Part shown: positions 33,684-36,261 of the stretch, in pieces
Layout of the letters: each line of letters opens with the position of its first letter
Numbering within the stretch: position 1 is the first letter of the stretch
DNA from: Candidatus Limisoma sp.
GTDB taxonomy: Bacteria > Bacteroidota > Bacteroidia > Bacteroidales > Muribaculaceae
Length of the DNA stretch: 36,261 nt
Direction: 5' to 3'
Assembly: GCA_051872175.1 (NCBI GenBank)
Contig: JBJEDP010000071.1
Coordinates: 1 to 36,261 of the forward strand
Program-made: the position numbers and the translations under genes
Notes under the pieces: generated by a model
Database searches by the model: none
What the model was told of the DNA's origin: nothing
The model's input: the letters and a program-made list of their open reading frames with translations, nothing else

Positions 33684-34718
33684 TTATTTGTTGCCAACGA
33701 GGCGAATCGTCCGATTGGGTTTCTCCGGGTCGTTGGTGTAGATGATTATTTCTTTGTTGATAATGTAGTCGGTTTCTTTAGCCGGGTCGAGTGTAAATGT
33801 GATTTTTGCGGATTTTCCGGGCTCGATTGTCGTCGGCAGCGTGGTCGATGCGGCGAGGGCGGTGTCTTCCGAAGCGAAATTCTTTACGACGAGCGGCGAG
33901 CCACCGTTGTTGCGCACGGTGAGTGCTGCTTTGGGATTCTTTTGCGAGCCGTAGCTTTCAAACATTATTTTTTCGTCGGCGAGTTCGGCAACGGGAGCGT
34001 TGTCGGGACATTCGCCGGGCGCTGCTTTGATGGTAGCGGTGACGTTGATGGGGTACGGTTTGCCGTTTTGAATCAGGTCGATGCTGTGGCTTTGCCAGCC
34101 GAATTCCATCGAAGGCGTTGTGCGGAAGGTTACGACAATCGACGTTGTGTTGCCCGGCGCAACGGTGTCGGGCGAGGCGTATGCGCTGCACATTGCGGGC
34201 AGTCGGTCGAAGTCGAGCACGATGGTGTCGTTGCTGATGTTGTAGGCTGAAATACGTGCGCTGCGACTTCTGCCGGAGACAACGTCGCCGAAAAGAGCGG
34301 CATTGGCAGACGTGCGCAGTGCGCCAATCGAGTGCGGAAAACGGTCGGCGAGGGTGACTTCCGAGGGAATGACGTTGCCGACGATGTGGAGAGTGTAGGC
34401 GGAGTCGGAAGCGACGAGTTTGACGAATTTGTTGAACGAGCCGGGTCTGCCTATCGGGTTGTAGTGGATAGGAATAGAGTCGGTTTCGCCGACCGCGATT
34501 CCGTGGCGGACGTAGTCGGAGGAGGTGCATCCGCAGGAAGTGCGAATGCGAGTGATGTCGACTGCCGAGTCGCCGATATTGCGGAAGTGGAAGTAGCGCG
34601 TTGCTCTGCCGTCGTCTTCGCGGATGGTGCCGAAGTCGACGGTTGTTGCCTCCCAACGGAGTTCGGCGACAGCCGTTAGCGAGAGCAGTAGAACCAACGT
34701 AGAAATGATTCGCCTCAT
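33684..34718 (-). CDS. Exported DUF1573-like multi-Ig-domain protein
   Basis: The start is reassigned to ATG 34718 (MRRIISTLVLLLSLTAVA). An N-terminal DUF1573-type domain carries the characteristic SCGCT motif (IRTSCGCTSSDY). It is followed by further beta-rich repeats. Confidence 0.65.
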   Translation of the reverse strand: MRRIISTLVLLLSLTAVAELRWEATTVDFGTIREDDGRATRYFHFRNIGDSAVDITRIRTSCGCTSSDYVRHGIAVGETDSIPIHYNPIGRPGSFNKFVKLVASDSAYTLHIVGNVIPSEVTLADRFPHSIGALRTSANAALFGDVVSGRSRSARISAYNISNDTIVLDFDRLPAMCSAYASPDTVAPGNTTSIVVTFRTTPSMEFGWQSHSIDLIQNGKPYPINVTATIKAAPGECPDNAPVAELADEKIMFESYGSQKNPKAALTVRNNGGSPLVVKNFASEDTALAASTTLPTTIEPGKSAKITFTLDPAKETDYIINKEIIIYTNDPEKPNRTIRLVGNK

Positions 34719-34720
34719 AG

Positions 34721-35128
34721 CTATTTTATTGATGTTGCGGAGATTACGCAACCGCGGATGCGCAGATGAACTGTCTTTGCGTTCGACGTTACCGAAACTA
34801 TCTTGTCGAAAGCGCCCGGTCGATTCTTCGGCTTGTAGGTGATTTTAATCACTCCGGTTTTGCCCGGTTCGATGGGCTTTTTCGGAAATTCCGGCTTTGT
34901 GCAACCGCAAGAAGCGTGAGCCGACACGATGATTAGCGGCTTACTGCCGGTGTTGGTAAACGTAAATTCGTGCGACACGGCGCCGCCCGATTCTTGGATG
35001 TACCCGAAGTCGTGAGTGGTTTCGGCGAAAGTGATTACCGCCCCCGATTTTTGCTTTGCGCTCATCGGCAGGGCGATGGTAATAACTGCCAGAGTCGCTA
35101 TAATAAGAGATTTCATTAGATTCTTCAT
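34721..35128 (-). CDS. Exported DUF1573-domain protein
   Basis: Start at ATG 35128 (MKNLMKSLIIATLAVITIALPMSA), with an alternative at 35116. It has FDFG.I....V.H.F.F.N.G..PL and the SCGCT motif (AHASCGCTKPEF). It stops 2 nt before the next gene start. Confidence 0.7.
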   Translation of the reverse strand: MKNLMKSLIIATLAVITIALPMSAKQKSGAVITFAETTHDFGYIQESGGAVSHEFTFTNTGSKPLIIVSAHASCGCTKPEFPKKPIEPGKTGVIKITYKPKNRPGAFDKIVSVTSNAKTVHLRIRGCVISATSIK

Positions 35129-35155
35129 AATCTTTGCGAGTTTTTTATCGTAAGG

Positions 35156-35187
35156 CAAAGTTAATCAATAAAGCGACTCAGCGCAAT
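35156..35187 (-). promoter_or_regulatory. Candidate promoter of the DUF1573-DUF1573-meaB gene string
   Basis: On the minus strand: TAACTTTG (reverse complement of 35156-35163) with ATTG (reverse complement of 35184-35187) 20 nt upstream. This places the track ORF start 35158 inside the promoter. Confidence 0.45.
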
Positions 35188-35289
35188 AGTAAGTCGAAAA
35201 ATCTTCGCAATAAAATCGCCGTAAAGCGCCGCAAAGAAAGCGTAAAATGGCAAAATTGGGGTGTAAAATGCCGATTTTTCGCATTTTAC

Positions 35290-35320
35290 TTTGCTTTTCG
35301 GCGCGGTTGCTGTACCTTTG
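35290..35320 (+). promoter_or_regulatory. Candidate lysS promoter
   Basis: TTTG (35290-35293), a 19-nt spacer, then TACCTTTG (35313-35320). The lysS ATG is about 87 nt downstream. Confidence 0.55.
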
Positions 35321-35406
35321 TAATTTGAAATAGCACGACCTCGCCCGAGCAACGAAATGAGTCGGGACGTGGTTTCGTGTGTTTAAGACGAAAAAAATTA
35401 ACAGAT

Positions 35407-36261
35407 ATGAATATACTTGAATTAAGCGAACAAGAGATTGTAAGACGCAATAGTTTGAACGAATTGCGGAAGATGGGCATCGAACCTTATCCGGCAGCGG
35501 AATTTGTAGTGACCGGACATACGAAGGAAATCAAAGAAAACTTCAGCGACGATGCCGAGCCTCGTCAGGTAAGCATCGCAGGACGTATCATGAGCCGTCG
35601 CATCATGGGTAAGGCTTCGTTTATGGAGCTTCAAGACGCCGACGGACGTATCCAAGTGTACGTGAGCCGCGACGACGTTTGCCCCGACGAAAATAAAGAC
35701 CTTTATAACATATTCTTCAAAAAACTCCTCGACATCGGCGACTTTATCGGCGTCGAAGGCTTCGTATTCCGCACGCAGATGGGCGAAATCACCGTTCACG
35801 CACAGAAGTTGCAGATGCTGAGCAAGTCGTTGCGTCCGCTGCCGATTGTTAAGGTAAAAGACGGCGTGACCTACGATGCATTCGAAGACCCCGAACTGCG
35901 CTATCGTCAGCGCTACGTCGACTTGGTGGTCAACGACGGCGTGAAAGACATCTTCGTTAAGCGCACAAAGGTCTACAACTCGATGCGCGAATACTTCAAC
36001 TCGCACGGCTATATGGAGGTCGAAACTCCGATATTGCAACAGATTCCCGGTGGAGCGGCGGCGCGTCCGTTCATCACTCACCACAATGCGCTCGACATTC
36101 CTCTCTACTTGCGTATCGCCGACGAACTCTATCTGAAACGTCTGATTGTCGGCGGTTTCGAAGGCGTCTACGAATTCTCGAAGAATTTCCGCAACGAGGG
36201 TATGGACCGAACTCACAATCCCGAGTTTACTTGTATGGAAATCTACGTTTCGTATAAGGAC
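35407..36261 (+). CDS. lysS: Lysine--tRNA ligase (class II), 3'-truncated by the window edge
   Basis: This gene is not in the ORF track because it has no stop in the window. My own translation from ATG 35407 reads [33 protein letters not shown]...[25 protein letters not shown]...[10 protein letters not shown]...[40 protein letters not shown]...[25 protein letters not shown]. It spans 285 codons in frame to the window end. Confidence 0.93.
   Translation, partial: MNILELSEQEIVRRNSLNELRKMGIEPYPAAEFVVTGHTKEIKENFSDDAEPRQVSIAGRIMSRRIMGKASFMELQDADGRIQVYVSRDDVCPDENKDLYNIFFKKLLDIGDFIGVEGFVFRTQMGEITVHAQKLQMLSKSLRPLPIVKVKDGVTYDAFEDPELRYRQRYVDLVVNDGVKDIFVKRTKVYNSMREYFNSHGYMEVETPILQQIPGGAAARPFITHHNALDIPLYLRIADELYLKRLIVGGFEGVYEFSKNFRNEGMDRTHNPEFTCMEIYVSYKD

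Noticed and set aside
35321-35406. The ~85-nt lysS leader, considered as a possible riboswitch or T-box-like element.
   Set aside because: I could find no convincing conserved stem architecture or specifier/antiterminator features by eye. The only complementary stretches are short (CCCGA/TCGGG).
35422-36216. A 264-aa minus-strand ORF at the right end of the window. It is the only ORF the track lists there.
   Set aside because: The + strand translates without stops from ATG 35407 to the window end into an unmistakable class II lysyl-tRNA synthetase N-terminal half. The minus ORF is its shadow.

Overview
This 36.3-kb chromosomal segment reads as Bacteroidota, Bacteroidales-like and T9SS-positive. 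Supporting evidence: a 2484-aa SprA translocon gene directly after ruvA, a hybrid two-component system with an AraC output, two proteins with T9SS C-terminal sorting domains, several TTTG/TAnnTTTG-type promoters, and no Shine-Dalgarno usage. All calls come from reading motifs in the supplied translations and DNA; no searches were run.

Layout:
- (1) 2-8751: a fructan-utilisation locus with two GH32 enzymes, an MFS sugar importer, a PfkB fructokinase and a fructose-type HTCS regulator.
- (2) 8749-9027: an intergenic region with a 19-bp perfect inverted repeat enclosing 142 bp.
- (3) 9028-17071: ruvA-sprA.
- (4) 17.07-20.0 kb: a small accessory islet. It holds a heptamer array, repeated flank motifs, a strongly AT-rich two-gene module (fused XRE-HTH/ImmA-IrrE metallopeptidase plus a PIN-like nuclease) bracketed by a 43-bp direct repeat that duplicates the 3' end of the neighbouring gene, and that neighbour, a Bro-N-like/Fic gene.
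- (5) 20.1-29.8 kb: core-like genes. These are a GT-C-like membrane protein, a lipoprotein, a membrane protein/ECF sigma/anti-sigma-like operon, a RecD-like helicase, a GH3-serine hydrolase fusion and a 5'-nucleotidase.
- (6) 29.9-30.7 kb: a lower-GC HigB/HigA-like toxin-antitoxin cassette sitting between copies of GAGGTAAGAG and an orphaned terminator.
- (7) 30.8-36.3 kb: a T9SS-secreted endonuclease I, MeaB/ArgK GTPase, two DUF1573-like proteins and the 5' part of lysS.

The best candidate for an undescribed system is the HTH-ImmA/PIN module together with its insertion signature. No rRNA, tRNA, CRISPR array, transposase or integrase was recognised.
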